A DNA stretch of 61,200 nt, counting the filler, from Platydemus manokwari (lineage: Eukaryota), in assembly GCA_037951405.1 (NCBI GenBank). It is 5 parts of 5 records of this genome, joined end to end, with 100 filler letters (N's around TTAATTAATTAA, not from the genome) between each part and the next. Parts side by side here need not be neighbours in the genome. Positions count along the whole stretch, not along the records: positions 13,718 to 24,246 come from JBBMOY011126663.1; positions 24,347 to 36,858 come from JBBMOY010104454.1; 3 more parts are not named here. One strand, given 5' to 3'. A program made the position numbers and the translations under genes. The number at the start of each line of letters is the position of its first letter. Within the stretch, counting starts at the first letter, position 1. Below the pieces are notes generated by a model, which was not told the DNA's origin, searched no databases, and was given only the letters and a program-made list of their open reading frames with translations. Shown here one piece after another: positions 14,477 to 29,000 of this stretch.

Positions 14477-17400
14477 CTAGAAATTTGTTGATTTGTTGAT
14501 TTTAAACAATATTTCGACAAATAATTTCAAAATTCCTTTGATTTGATAATATTATTTTCAAAAGAATGGCTGTCTAATTAAATAAGCTTACAGATTATGT
14601 GGTGAAGAGTTTTCTTTCCAATTTAAAGGTTTACTTCTTAATATAGTTATAAAATAGTTATTTTTATTACTTCATCTTAAATGGTTCTCTAAGAAAATTC
14701 TCATTCATCAATTCATGAATTTTCGAGTCTAATGTTAAAGGAGTTATTCGGCATTATCTCTTTTCTTACTTGACGCACTTAGTCTGTCTTATGTAGTCTC
14801 TTCGTGTTTATGTACAGCTTCACAGACTTGATTCGTATGAGTAACAAAATAAAATTAGCATAATAATTCCTTATGAAGCTTGTTTCAAGTTTCAAATATC
14901 AAGTTTAATCTAATTTTCTAAATTTTTTTAAGTGGTGAAATTCGACGGGACCAAACTTATTGTTTTCTCATGGATTTAAACTCTGTCAACTTTCTAATAA
15001 GAAAAATATAATCTCTGTTATTTACTTATCTCAATAAAGCCAAAGTTACACTGAAGTGGATGCCAAAAAAACAATTTAATGGCTTTAGTAATTAATTAAT
15101 CATTCAACCTATAAATTCTATTCGATTATAAGTATTCATTACATTTATTTATAAAAAATTTATTGTTGGATTTTAATTTTAATTTATACTGGAATTGCTA
15201 TCTCATATTTGGTTTAATACCTCCTTTTCGACTTTGCAAAAGAATTACAAGTTATCTATTTTTTGTAGCATTCTGCATTTCTCTGATAAGATATTTTCTC
15301 TATTTGTGATTTTATTACAGCCATAACATGTCAAATTATTGCTATTTTTACATTTCTTTATTTTCCATTAACTTACCAGACATAATTCCATTAAATAATT
15401 AGAAGTAATGTTTTCTTTAATAAGATGCAATACATGCAAAAATTTCTATTTTACAGTAGAATACGAAATGCATTTCTCATCATTTGTTTACAATGAAGTT
15501 ATTAATATCCCATTCAATTTAATTAGATTTAATAGTTAAATTATTTTACTTTTCTATATTCACCATGCAATTATTTAATAATCCTTTTAGATTTTTTGTT
15601 AAATCACTGCTTATAATTTACAATAATTATTTTTATTTTCCACGAAATACACGAGAAAAAAATTTAATTATTTGATCTATCGAATTAATATCTTTAATTT
15701 TGTATTTTCATAAATAAATAAATAAATATCTAGATAAAAAGTTAGAGCTGTTGTAATGATAATGCAGCTTTGTATTAAAAATAAATACATAATATTTTGC
15801 TTAATTCTGATAACATTAAATTATGAATTAGAAATTGATGAAATGGAAGCCTTATCACGACTTGCAATAATTATAATAACTTTGATCATATTTTTTATAT
15901 TCTGTTTTATTTAAATGTAAATTTTTCAGAAAATCAGAATTGATCCATTTTGCAACGAAGGCACTCTTCATCCGATTTTAGAAGAAATCCAACAACTCAA
16001 GGTTAAAATTACGTTTCTTTTGATATTATTTATAATTTGTTATACAATAATATATTCATATTACTAAAATATATTTATCACTAGTAGATTGCTTTGTTAG
16101 TTCACAAAATATATTAAAATTATTAAGTGAATCTTTATTCTAACTTTTTTTAACAACAACGGAAATGTTTTGGTTTGCGAACATGTTTGAAGTGTAGTAT
16201 TTATCTGAAAGGACAAAACTGGAGAAAGATATGGAAATATTGATTAAGCTATACTATAAGGGTGATTTATCTAAAAATAAAACTATTAGAGTAGTTTTAA
16301 AGAATTTTGAAAACTCAGAGATTATTAATTTTATTAAAATTATTTCATTTTGCTATTTTATTTTAAATAAGTAATTATGTTTTTATATATTTTATGATTA
16401 TATTCTTTAATTATCTAATTATATGGTTTTTTTCTTCAATTCAAAAAATAATTGCTTGCACTTGAAATGAAAATTTTCAAATAATTTAATAAACCTTTCA
16501 CGGAATAGACGGTCTTTCATTAGATTTATAAAATATCTACCAATGAAAATTATTATGGAATCTCATTTTAATTACTTTCAGTTATTTCTTTGAAAATTAA
16601 TTAATTAAGCAATACATGTAATTGAAATAAATATTATAATTATTTTTCACTTATGACTTGGACTCGGAATAAAAGTGTTGTTTATGTTCGATTTTAAAGC
16701 ATGTTGGTTATTCTCCCATATGGTCATTGAGAGTCTAAGACTTTCATATTGAGTGATAGCGCTGATAGCATTCAAGAAAAATGGTTCACTGATTCGTGAT
16801 ATTTTCTAATTTGTAACAAGTAGTTCCTATCAGTAATTTTATATTTTGTCCTGTTTAGAAATTTAATTATATATTATAAGTATTCAGTCAAAAAATTAAA
16901 TTATCCAAGTGTTGTATTTATCTGAATTAATGTAGATAGCTAAATTCTCATAACAATTTAATCTGTAAATTGACAATATAATATCCCTTAAATACGGTTT
17001 TGATGCAATTTGACTTTAGCTTTGAAATGACATGCTTTGTGGTGAAAATCGACGAAAAAATTATATATATATATATAATGAATAATAATAATGATAATTT
17101 AAACAATACATATTTGGATTAATATTTCTTAATGATTTTGCGTTTTATGAAAATATTTTAATCGACTGCGAAATTAAGCGTTTTTAAAATCCAAAGCATC
17201 ATTTTCATGCAATTTTTGAAAAATTCAAATTGATTAAATTATCAAAAATCTTGTAGAAAGAAAATTTGATAGGTTTGATGAAAACTGTTCATTTGTTGAA
17301 AAATTGACTTTAGAAATTATATCCTTGATCACTAGTTTTAAGACATTTTCAGAAGAAATTTATTGACAATTTTGAACTGGCTGAAAATCATAATATTTTA

Positions 17401-20400
17401 TTAATCATTCCTGTTAATTTAATCAAAGGTAAAAATCTCATTTTAAAATCCCATCACTTTTGAGTCCGCCAAACATGTATTTTTAGTTGTTTCAATGAGA
17501 ATATTTTTGTGATTTAGTAAATAATTGTTAGAGTTCTTTTTATTAGTTTCATACTTATTTTCCATTTATTGCAGAAATTGTAGCATTTTGTGTTTCAATT
17601 GTGTATTTTTTTTACCAAATTTGGACCATATACTTTGAATTTATAACATCAAAGGAACTTCGTGTATATGTTTATAAAACTATTAATTATTAGTTACTTG
17701 TGATTTTATTTTGGTACCTATGTACAGATAATAAATTCTGCAGTTGAAAATGATAATTCTTCATGGAGTCTGGTGAATGATAAGAGTCAAGGGTTGAATG
17801 TGAATCAGTTTAAATCCGAATTGAACAATTTACTAAAAAGTATATTTCTATTAATGGGATATTATATTGATTTTTGGTAGATGGTGAAAGAGTTCCCGCA
17901 AATGTGTATGATAAAATGTCCATCTGGAATAGAAATGTTTATCTTAGGGACAAAGATATAACGGAAATGTTATGGTCATTATTTCATAGTATAAATCATT
18001 TTTCAATAATTTTTAATTAATTTTATATTTTACCAAATAGAGGTTAATAATAAATTGGACTTCAGAAGCTGTGTCAATTCCATGATGTCGGTACTTTCGG
18101 AAAATACAGCTAATGTTCAGGTATTTTATAATGAATATAATAAGATAACGTGATAATTTTTGTTTTTAATTTATTCCAGAATTAAATTTTTTAATTAATT
18201 ATGATTATTTCAAATTTTTTTAAATCGAAATTTGTTGTTTTATTATGTACCTTGTAACTCTAACATTTTCAATTTAGTTTATTACTCAAAATTTTTGTTT
18301 TTTTATTGTAAGGATTTTGAGGAATTGCTGATTGAAACATTAATCATTACAACAGGCTATCAATTAATTGTTTTATAACATTTACTAATCGATATTCGTC
18401 AGGCATCCGATACCACTGTTTAATAATTTAGTTATTTATCTATTCGAATTCACGATTATTTCTCTCATTAAATGCCTACTGGTCGCGAATCTCTGTTGTA
18501 ATTATATTTTGGTATCACATCAGCGCATATTCATCACTTTAATATTGATTAATCTATAATTTCACTTCATTATAATTTGTGAACCTTGTTTATACAACTT
18601 GAGTTATTAAAACACAATGAAAATTAATGAAATAATTGTTTATTTATAATAATTATATAATAAAATATGGGATATTATAATTTGAATTTTTAGAATCTTA
18701 TATTTTTTGATATATAATAGTTATAATAATTTGCTATTTATTATCTGGGACAATGTTCGAAGATAATTCATATGTATATTTATGTTTTCTGTAAATTTTT
18801 ACGTAAATGTAAATTTCATTTCATATATTAAATAAAAAGTGTTATGAATCTATCGAATTTCGGGAAGGAAAGTGCTATTATCATCACTTTGCTTATTATT
18901 TAATTTCTTACAAAAAGTGACTCTATTGAGGTATAATAAATGTAAATTTATCAATACTGTAAAGTGTTATTATGAATTTCATTTACGTTGAGTTTTTACA
19001 ATTTTTGTATCATGTTTCGTTGATAGGTTAGTTTTTTCTAAAACCATATATTTTACTTATGTATCTAATACGAAATCGAAACTAAGATCATTGCATCTCC
19101 GATTAGTCGTTGTGATAATTTCGTTTATTCGTCCAAGTTATGTGATTGATATCTTTATAGTCTTGCTATCAATTCTGAACGTACCCCAAGCCCAATTATT
19201 TTAAGAATTTGCATTTTAATAAAATCTAAAATAATTTTAACTAATAACATGCTTGCGTAATGTGTTTAAGCTCATAATTTATCACATAATTAGCAACATT
19301 AATTATCAATGTTTAAAAAGTAACTTTTCTGATGGATAAAAATGGGATTAAGCTGGTTTAATAAATAGTGAAATAAAAATTGAATTCTTAGAAAGGCACA
19401 AGTCCTGGGAATTTTTTCCCTTTGAAATGAAAATGAATCTTAGAAGATTAAATTGTAAGGGAATAGTAGGATTAACTTTTTTTTACTAGGTTGTTGAAAA
19501 TTATTTAGCAAAAGATATCATCTGATGTCATCGATCAGCGCTGTTGTCATAATAAAACAGAATTTACATCAAAATGAAAAGATTATGTTTGATTATAAAT
19601 TAAAAAATATATTAAAATAGCGAGGTTAATTCATTTAGGTAAGACTACTTTAAAAATAAAACGTACAATTATTGTTAACAAATTTTAATCCAAATCTTAG
19701 TTTATTTATTTTTGAGAAAAAATATAAATTAGATTTAAAGAATATTTGATAAAATTGATAAAATTGTGTTTATAGAATAATTGGGATTTAAGCAAGACAG
19801 TTATAGTCGTTATTCGCGTGAATTTATTAAACTAAATTGATCAGTGATAAATGTGAAATTAAACAATACAACCTAGTTTTAATGGCCAATCATCTGTTTA
19901 TTTTTCTTTATTTGTTAAGTTCAATCCAAATAACACAACAGAATTTTGTCGAATGCTCAAAGATAGATTTCTAAATTCGGAAGTGATGGTTACATCTTTT
20001 ATGACCAATCTCGAACTCATAGTTCAAGTTGGCTTATATAAATTAACGAAAGATTTACTTTTCATCATATCTAATGGTAAATATTATTTGAATCCACCTA
20101 TCGACGTGCATCTTGTTATTCTATTATCAGAATTACCGGATTTATCCCAGGACGAAATGACAGAAATATTTAATAAATGTTGTCGTGTAGCTCAACTAAA
20201 TACTGGAATTGAATCTTTAAATACTCTTTTCACTTGTATTTCTTATATGGAAATATTGAAAGATGTATTAATTCCACACGATTTCAAAATTGAAGCCACG
20301 TAATGATTTAAGTATTTCTTTTCATTACATTATTACAACCTTGGGTTTATAGATCTGCTGTCAGAACACTCATAAAATGTTTAAATACTCATTCAAGGTT

Positions 20401-21475
20401 TGATTTAGAACAAAGTATCAACATTAAAATGAAGGCAGTAAATACCAAATTTAGGTAAGTCTTTCTGAATTCAAAATGTAAATTTATGAATCTATTGATT
20501 TGGTAGCATTATTTTAAATGATTTTTATTAACAAACATTATTGTTATGATCCATAATCAATCTGTCATGGGTTTCATCATATTTCATTAGATACTATTTT
20601 ATTTTAACCTTTTAATTCTGATATTTTATTTTATTTATATTTCATATTTATGGATTTATAGGTTTTATATTTCACTGTTATTTGGGAACATGTTTTTAGA
20701 CAGAAATTTACGCAACTTTTTAATGATGATTTAACAAATATAAATGAAATTTTCCTTGAAAATAATCCAATTTTTTCTCTTTATTGTGAATCAATGGAGA
20801 ATATGTGGAATAATCAATATCCTGCAAAAATCCAAAGGAAATTGATTCTTTCACTCAACTTCCTATTGGATCGAATCATAAAAGAATATCACTGAGTAGA
20901 TTTTCTTTCAAGTTCTTCAACTGTTTTAATTATTTTTTATATTGAACAATTATTTATATTTTCATTTTAATTTTTTGCTGAGCCTTCAAATCAAAAGATT
21001 TGCGTATTGTGCAGTCGTTTACCTTAATGATTTACTTTAATTTTCTGGGATAATAACTTAATTTTTTTGTTAAAATACCCCGAAACTTATCCACATTTAA
21101 TGTTAACAATAACAATATCTGCATTATTTTCTACGAGGTGAATTAGTATTGACAGTTGCTGGCAACTTAACGAATTACTTTTTACAAAATTAAAGGAATC
21201 ACATTTTATTCCAACAATTTTAATCATTGAACTTTCTCCATTAAATATCCATATTTAGTTTATAATTGTAACAGGTCTTTGAGTTCTATTTGGATCATAA
21301 ATTTTATAAGTTCCGAGCCAATTCAGAGTCATAAAGCAGTTGTATTTGAAGTAGAAAATGATAGCAGTAAGTTTATTTTATTAAATTCCTTATCTTGACA
21401 AAATGGAATTCTGCAGCGGAATTTCACATTTATCGACACGATATGGAACTTTCGGAAATGAGGATATTTGGGTAA
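13935..21475 (+). CDS. ZWILCH: Zwilch-like kinetochore RZZ-complex subunit, probably 5'-partial. Exons 13935-13984, 14034-14150, 15930-16001, 17728-17839, 17881-17988, 18041-18120, 19920-20076, 20131-20299, 20353-20454, 21275-21366, 21417-21475
   Basis: All exons have GT-AG boundaries and consistent phases. Spliced motifs VKWKNCFNLFDWPDITADCNMKIRIDPFCNEGTLHPILEEIQQLKIINSAVENDNSSW, LRDKDITEMLWSLFHKVNNKLDFRSCV and LELIVQVGLYKLTKDL align in order with remembered Zwilch motifs (W..V..IL..PP..ATL.I.V.SG.PRG.L..LY.EL; R.DLDF.EQLW; MLLEIGLDKLKKDY). Confidence 0.75.
14428..14476. repeat. (TTA)n microsatellite in a Zwilch intron
   Basis: Perfect trinucleotide run. Confidence 0.95.
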
Positions 21476-23046
21476 ATTGTTTACTAGCAATCATTGTGTT
21501 AGTTTTTGAATAAAATTTATCCTCTTGATCTTATGTAAATTTAATGAAACTCACGTGACTTATACCGTTTGGAAAATGTTTATTATTTTAAATTATTTTA
21601 AATAAAAATTTTAATGAAATTTTTTTATTACAGTTTAAGATAATAAATTTTAAAAATAAAAGTGGTTTAAAATTTATTGTTAAAATTAAAATAATTAGAA
21701 AATTATTTCAATATTTTTATCTATACCTGATTAAGATTGATAAGTAAATCTCTCTAGAAAAGGAATTATAATTTGTTTAAAAAATTGTATTGTTGCAAAT
21801 GTATAAATATTAAGAAAATCGTAATCATGACTTCTTTTGTTGAAACACCAATTGCAAGTGAAGTAGCCGCTACTAATAAATATAAAAAATTTCATTATAT
21901 AATTATTATTACTGCTTCCGAAATCTTTATATTTTATAATTAATGTTGTTATATTTCAGATTTTAGACTCCTTAAGAAGTTCGAGCTTTGATTTTAATTA
22001 AATTTCATGTGATTATTAATATTTCTATCAGCGTTATATTTAATTGAAATCTATGCAATGTGTGTCGTCGGAAGTCAATATTTGAATAAATTGGAATAAC
22101 ATTTGAAAAAATTGATGAAAAATTATTAATTAATTTTGTGAAATGGAAAATTAATCATTCATCAAATTGCCTTGAATTCTCAGGAGAAAAATTGCCATCA
22201 TGTTTATTTTTTGCTCAAAAAATGCGCTCATATAATGAAATGTGAAAATGAGTAAGAGAAAATCCAGATAAGAAATGAATGGAAAACTATTAATTTAACA
22301 AGACATTCAATTGACAATTTAGAAAGAAATTTAGATCTGGCAGATATTTTATGAAAAATTGTTTAACATTGAACGATTGACAATTTGAATAAGATTGCGT
22401 ATTAGAAAGAAATGCCAATTTATCATCACTAATTGGTAGTAATGTAATACATTGTTTAAATAAACTATCCTGATAAAAAAATGAATCCAAGGGCATTATA
22501 AATAAAATTTTATTCATTCATTTATTGATGTAATCTCTTTTGTAGATATATGTATTTGTTTTATTTATCTTTCAATTGCTTTCATTTAATAATTTAATTG
22601 AATTTTGTATTTGGAATATTGTTTTTTCGCGATAACAAGCTAAGATCAAACAATATGTAAAGATCTCTTTGTTATGAACAATCAATTTAAGCGATCTGAT
22701 GAGATTAATATATTTATGTTAATATATTTACAAATATTTTTCACAGGAACATTTTTTATTAAATGAAATTATATTCGTTATTTATTAAATTAATTAATTA
22801 AACATTAGCACGAAGTGATATAACTTTCTTAATTAATAGAAACATTAATTTTAAATTTTCTACTTAAATTGACTGGTTTTTTTGAAACTAAGAATGCTAC
22901 TAACGTTTTATTGTCCTAAATTAAATTGAAAAATATTTATTTATATTATGTGAAATAATATACAGACTTAAAATAATATCGTTTAATGTAGTTGTTTATT
23001 TATTTTTAAAGTTTCGAATTGTTTGAAAATGTCTACAAAAATGTTT

Positions 23047-23702
23047 GGCTTAAATTAAGAAAAGGGACCGTTTGACCTTCTCTCTTAAAAATGAATTTTC
23101 GCCGATCGGATAATTTTATAACTTATTTTTATGTATATAATTGCGATGTTTAATTTATTTATATAATCCAGTTAATATTTCACTTTTTAATAATATTTGT
23201 TAATATTTGTTAATATTAGTTAATATTAGTTAATATTTGTCTAATCTGACGAAGCTTAGTTTTAAAACCAAGTTCCTATTCTATTCACAACACTTCTATA
23301 TGATTATTTGAGTTTTTAAATTTAGAATTTTTTAATTATAAATTGAGTTACTTAACTGCAGACATAATTGATAATACCATTGCTTATTTTTATAAACTAA
23401 TTGTAAAAATTTAGAGTATCTCTCAATTTACTTTTAATGTTTAAAAAAGGGGTTATCGCAAATTTTCAATAAATTGCAATTCGACCTGCTTTCATCAGTT
23501 TTTCAAATAATCAAACTTTAAGAGATTTTTGAAGCTTCACTGTAATTAGTATCTGATTTCAAACAATGAAAATTCTTTTTAATTACTTAAATAAAAAATT
23601 CAAAATGTTATTAAAGAATATAATTAAATAAACTATATAGATTTTTGCAATACAAAACAAATTTTAAATTTTATTTAAGGATTCCTTTTTTTAATTTGAG
23701 CC
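23047..23702. mobile_element. Complete non-autonomous Merlin element (MITE) with ~23-bp TIRs and 8-bp TSD
   Basis: Left end GGCTTAAATTAAGAAAAGGGACC; reverse complement of the right end is approximately GGCTCAAATTAAAAAAAGGAATCC. AAATGTTT flanks both sides (23039-23046 and 23703-23710). GG termini and an 8-bp TSD are Merlin hallmarks. Confidence 0.9.
23191..23240. repeat. 10-bp tandem repeat TAATATT(T/A)GT x5 inside the Merlin MITE
   Basis: taatatttgt taatatttgt taatattagt taatattagt taatatttgt. Confidence 0.95.
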
Positions 23703-23710
23703 AAATGTTT

Positions 23711-23868
23711 GACTTAAGTTATGAAAATGGTTATTTTGACCTACTTCCGTAATAATTAATTTTCACGCATGAGATAATTTTATAATTTAATTATTTGTAT
23801 AATTCAGTATATATATATATATATATTTCGCAATACACTCAAAAAATTAAAAATTTCGTAACTTTAGA
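23711..23868. mobile_element. Short internally deleted copy of the same Merlin MITE family
   Basis: Starts gacttaagttatgaaaatggttattttgacctacttcc (like 50895). It carries tgagataattttataatttaa and gcaatacactc, and ends with a degenerate taactttag TIR. Confidence 0.7.
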
Positions 23869-24246
23869 GAAATTTTTCAACAATAAGGAAATTATTTAGA
23901 ATACTGATATGATAAGGAATTATTGAACTCAGTGAATTTTAATGTGAATATCAATAGATGCTCACATTAAAAAATGAAATCATTAAGATTAGTAAATGTC
24001 AAAAACATTTCTATTAGCTAGGTTCAAAATAATACGTATTTTAATTTCTTTTAGCAATTATTGTTGTCAATTTCTGCATTATGATTAGCTTATTTATTTC
24101 AGTGACTTCTGCTGATTTCCAATAAATAATTCAGTCGGACATAAATTGGCTTCAAACTGAATTAATATTTACTTAAGTCGAGATCATATGCATATTATGT
24201 AGTTCATCAAAGCCGTATTAAATGATTTAATGTCTAAGGAAGAATC

Positions 24247-24346
24247 NNNNNNNNNNNNNNNNNNNNNNNNNNNNNNNNNNNNNNNNNNNNTTAATTAATT
24301 AANNNNNNNNNNNNNNNNNNNNNNNNNNNNNNNNNNNNNNNNNNNN
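24247..24346. other. Artificial contig linker
   Basis: N44-TTAATTAATTAA-N44. Confidence 0.99.
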
Positions 24347-24408
24347 TATATCCATTTTTCGCACAGTGTTTGCAACTCAATTATAAATTGAGCTCGATTT
24401 ATATTCAG

Positions 24409-24649
24409 CTTGATTAAAAACTTTAAGGTTTTTTTTGAAAATTATGATATCCACTGGTATCAATGTTTAACAATGTTTATCAAGAGTTTAACAAATCCAC
24501 TACACGGCTTGCTCAATTCAATTGTCTACGGTTGGCAAAGAAAAGCATTTACAAACAGCTTGGTGCGCCAAAAAAGTCATGAAGGACCCTATGAGGTGAT
24601 ATCGGAAGATCGTTCTGTTTCAGAAAATACTAGACTGACCATGAACTAA
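24409..24649 (+). CDS. Terminal exon (TM7 and tail) of a TMEM116/GPR157/GPR143-like 7TM protein
   Basis: Acceptor atattcag at 24408. SLTNPLHGLLNSIVYGWQRKAF matches the QG.LN..VYGW TM7 motif of the cAMP-receptor-like family. AATAAA overlaps and follows the stop. Confidence 0.7.
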
Positions 24650-26039
24650 TAAAATGAAAATTTGTGATATTTATAACTATCAAGAATTATATATTAATTT
24701 TAAAAACCTTGTTCTCAACTTTAAAAAATGTTTAAAAACCACATCAGAAAACTTATGTTAGTAATAGCATCACTTGCAATCTTAAGTTAAGTGCTGATGT
24801 AAAGATGCCAACTATTAGTTGGAATCCAAGTTTTATGTGCTATTTGTTGAGATTTATGTGGTTTAATATTAATTTATAGAATTTTCATTGAGTTTTTGAG
24901 TCATTTTGGGTAAGTACTAATCAATTTGGTTTTGTGAAAAACAGATTGCAACTTTTCATTCTTTAGAATCCCAAAACTCCCATGAGTAAATTTTAAATCT
25001 TTGATGTCATGATAATGCCCATAAAGGAATTATTAATCATTAACCAGTCAATGTTCTCAAAAAACTTTTTAACATCCTTCTATACTTACTTTTATTTGAC
25101 TTTCTTTTTCCTAGAGTTGTGCTACATTAGGTCATAACATTAATTGCTAAAATACCTCAGGGCTGGACAGAAATGAGCACAAAGCCTCATTACATTACAC
25201 AATTGTATTAATATTTTATATTGTAATTATCGTGAGTATCAATAAATTTTATGGTTTTAAGTACTTCCAGGAATCAGATATTGATGGAGTTAATTCATTT
25301 ATATCCCAACCCTGTCAACATTAATAAATAGATACATGAAATTTTATCAAAGTCAATCCTAAATAATAATAATATCATATTATTTTTTCGATTTTTTCTA
25401 AATTTTAAAAAAAGGCGATTACTTTAATTGAAAATAGATATGAAAATTCAAAGTGTTTATAATTAAATACAAGTTGTGATGATTTCAACTCATATTTATG
25501 TTTTTGTGTCAGCGCTATTTAATCTCCCCGAATAAAATATTTTGGTACAATTTTTAGAAAAATGCTTCATCTTTAATTCACGAAGTTTCTTTAATTTTTT
25601 CCGACTTTGTGTTTGTTGCCATTATATTAATCAGCTTATATATAAAATATATTTTATTTTAAATAAATACCGTAATAAAATATTGTGTAATAATATAATT
25701 CTTTTCAGAAATGTAAGTTTTTAACATAACATTAAAACTTTTGTTACATTATAAAAATGTATCGCTACAATGGGGAAAAAATAAAATAAAATAGTTGCTT
25801 CATGCAATAACAACTAAATCTTCCGATTTTTAGCTATATTATAAAACATTTATCAACATCAGGCGTCGATAAACACTACATTTTCAGACAGCTAAAAATC
25901 GTTACCAAATTATAAAAATTACTACAATATACATTGATATCAAACATTATACTTTTATACATTGAAAACATTATACTTTATACAATAATATTGTCACAAT
26001 ATTGTTATTGTTCATGCTAGTCACATATTGGAACCCCAA

Positions 26040-29000
26040 CATTACTGGGGGGTTGGAATAGGCATGTCCTCATGCTTACTTCTTTTAGCTTCTGGGAATT
26101 TCTATGCATCACTCAGTTTTCTCTTTAATTTACTCTCGATAATTTCTGTTTTCGCTCCCCATGGATGACCGGATTTAAATTCTTCCGCCTATGGGTTCAG
26201 AGTCGATTTTTCGATTATTTCCTTGTTCTGTTCGTTTTGAATTGATTGCCCGATATCTAACCATATTTGCTCGTAGTCAACTTGGTCTTCTATTGTATCC
26301 TCGTTCCTTTCCACTTCTGTTTCTATCCAGAGATTTTGCGAAAATTCTCGATCCTCCTCGGTTAGCTCAAAATCATCGTGATGGTTCCCGACTTTCTTAT
26401 CAAAAATGGAATTATCATACAAAATTACTTGTCCCTTTTCCTATTCCTTGTCCACTCTCAGACGGTGGAATTCTCTCAAATGCTTGCTCCAGAATTTGTC
26501 GCTTCTTTTGATATTTAATTTTTCCTCCGCTGGTGTCATTTCGTATAAGCCTTTTCTTGTTCAAATAACAGTTTTTTCTATGGGAAACTCTTGCTCTATT
26601 CATTCGAATACACTTGTTGCTTGGCTTAGCAACCTGTCTTCTTCGTTTCTGAATTTTTCGTTGTGCCTATTCTCCTCATCGTCTTCTAGAGAATCTATCC
26701 ACTTTTCGCTTACCATGTTGTAAATATCTATAACTACCTCAATTTCTCCATTGAGTTTTCCCATCTGAATCATCTTTCTCCCCACAACACCTTCGTAAAT
26801 ATTTTTGAGAATTTCGGTGGGGCATCTCTTGTTTTCCTTCATTATTCTGTTTATTGTCTGAGCTCCCTTCATATCTCTGACTCCCATGATTGCTTGTAGA
26901 AAGGTGGATACAGCTCTCAGTTTCTTCTACAAATTGTATCCCACGATTATTTTCACATGAGTCAGCTCGATAATTTTTTTGCTTATCTCCTCTGAGTCAA
27001 TCGCTCCCCTCAATGAGAGCTCCTCAAGACTATTCTTGTTAGAAAAATAATGCCACATTTCCCTTCTTGGGCAACATTTTTGTTCCAATATAGTTTTTCC
27101 AATATAGTCTCTCAGACTTACCCACACAAGGCATTCTCTGTTTTTGATATCCGCTGCCATTTTAATGTCAATAAATCTGATAAAAAATCTTTCTTCGAAT
27201 CTGTTAACTTCATTTGGTTTTCTGATAAAAATTATTTTACTTATTTCATTTTCTTATTTTTTAATAATTCATTTTTAAGAAAATTTTTCAATTTTTTTCT
27301 TAAATCGAATTTTCTATCAAAATATATTTTATATCAAAATCTTGTTTTAATTAATTCATTACCATAAAATATTCACATTATTTTTTCGCTTTTTAATTGA
27401 TTAATTAATAAGTTATAGGTTTTCTTTACCAAACCTCTTTAATAATAAATATTTCGTGGTAAATTTTGTAGTATAATCTTTCTCAAATTTATTTTTATAT
27501 TTAAATATTTTAAACCGATTTAAAACTTTGAATTTTTTAAAGGAAGTTATGCATTGGTCTCCATTTAAATTATTATTTTCAATGTTAGGTTTTTTAATCA
27601 TCTCTTTCATTATTTTAGACTTACGCCAATACTAGAAATTTTTTTATTATTATATTCATTTACAACGCTTTGTAATTTAGAATAATCCTATTTCCAACAA
27701 CTGCAAAATGTTTCCACATGATATTTTCAAAGTTCAAATATTTCGGCAAATACAACCTCACCTTCATTTTCAATATGATATAAAGCAATATTATTTTCCT
27801 CACAAAACTTTTTAAAATATTTATTTGTTATTCCAGCTTCTTTATCAAAGCAAACATATTTGGGAATTATCGGAGAATCTTTCTCAAAATAATTTTCAAA
27901 AGCTTTAACTAAAGTTTCTTGTTTTTTAACCTTCAACGGAATACACCGACCATATCTTGTCTATAAATCAATAGCTACTAAAAAAATAATTACATACGTC
28001 AGTTGATTTTTTAGGCATGACAACAAAATCTGTAATATAAGTATCATCCTTACCAAATACCTTACTTTAAATCTTCTTTTATTTTTCTTATATTGTAATT
28101 ATTGAGCTGATAGATCTTTATCTCGAAAAGGGAAGTGACCGTTATTGTCTTCTAATTTTGTATATTTAAATTCATTTTAATTTTCATCTGAGTTTTCATG
28201 AATTTACTTTGCCAAATCCTTTACTAAACCTGTTAACCGTGGACTTCCTCCTCTTATCTTCGATAATCCGTATCCAAGAGTATTTTTTCTATTCATAACA
28301 CTTTTAATTTAAAATCTTTCTAATTTTTCTCTAAAAGTTGGATTGGGAATATTATTCGTAAGATATATCATTTTCAAATTTACAACATACCCATCCTGTA
28401 AATCTTTCAAATTATAATTACTATCATGCTACATAGCTTTCTAATAAACTCTATTTATTAGACGATATTCTTCTTTCGGAAATGTGCGAATCAATTCACA
28501 GTTTCATTTTATTGTTTAATTATTTCATCATAAAATAAAATTTACTAATCATAGAAACATTCCCTTATTTTATCGAATGTTGGTTGTTGTGTACCTGAAA
28601 AAATCAATACGTTGTGAGCACTTTTTACATAAGAGGAAAACATAATAATATTTATTTAAAATTTATTTTATTATTTAGTTTTTATTAAATAAGAAAGATA
28701 GATATTTGATATTTTCAGATTTATTTTGTAAAAATAAGAATTTAATTTTGTTGTAAATAAACAATGGAATACAAAATATAAATATATTACTTTCAATAAC
28801 GACGGAGATAACTACTCCAATGGTGATGATTTAATTCTTGAAAATGAGTTTGCAATCTTTGAATGAAACTTGTTTAAAATTGTCTATAATTCTCAAATTT
28901 GATTATCAAAATTAAAAAGTCTATTTGGTTTTGATATTGACCAAAGAAAAGATAAATTAAAGTAAATTATTTATTTAAAAATACAATAAATACAATTAGT

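Noticed and set aside
26040-27160. Possible stop-codon reassignment or readthrough in a long same-frame ORF
   Set aside because: The interruptions are a mix of TAG and TGA, neighbouring Polinton genes also have frameshifts, and host genes use standard stops. Ordinary pseudogenisation explains it.
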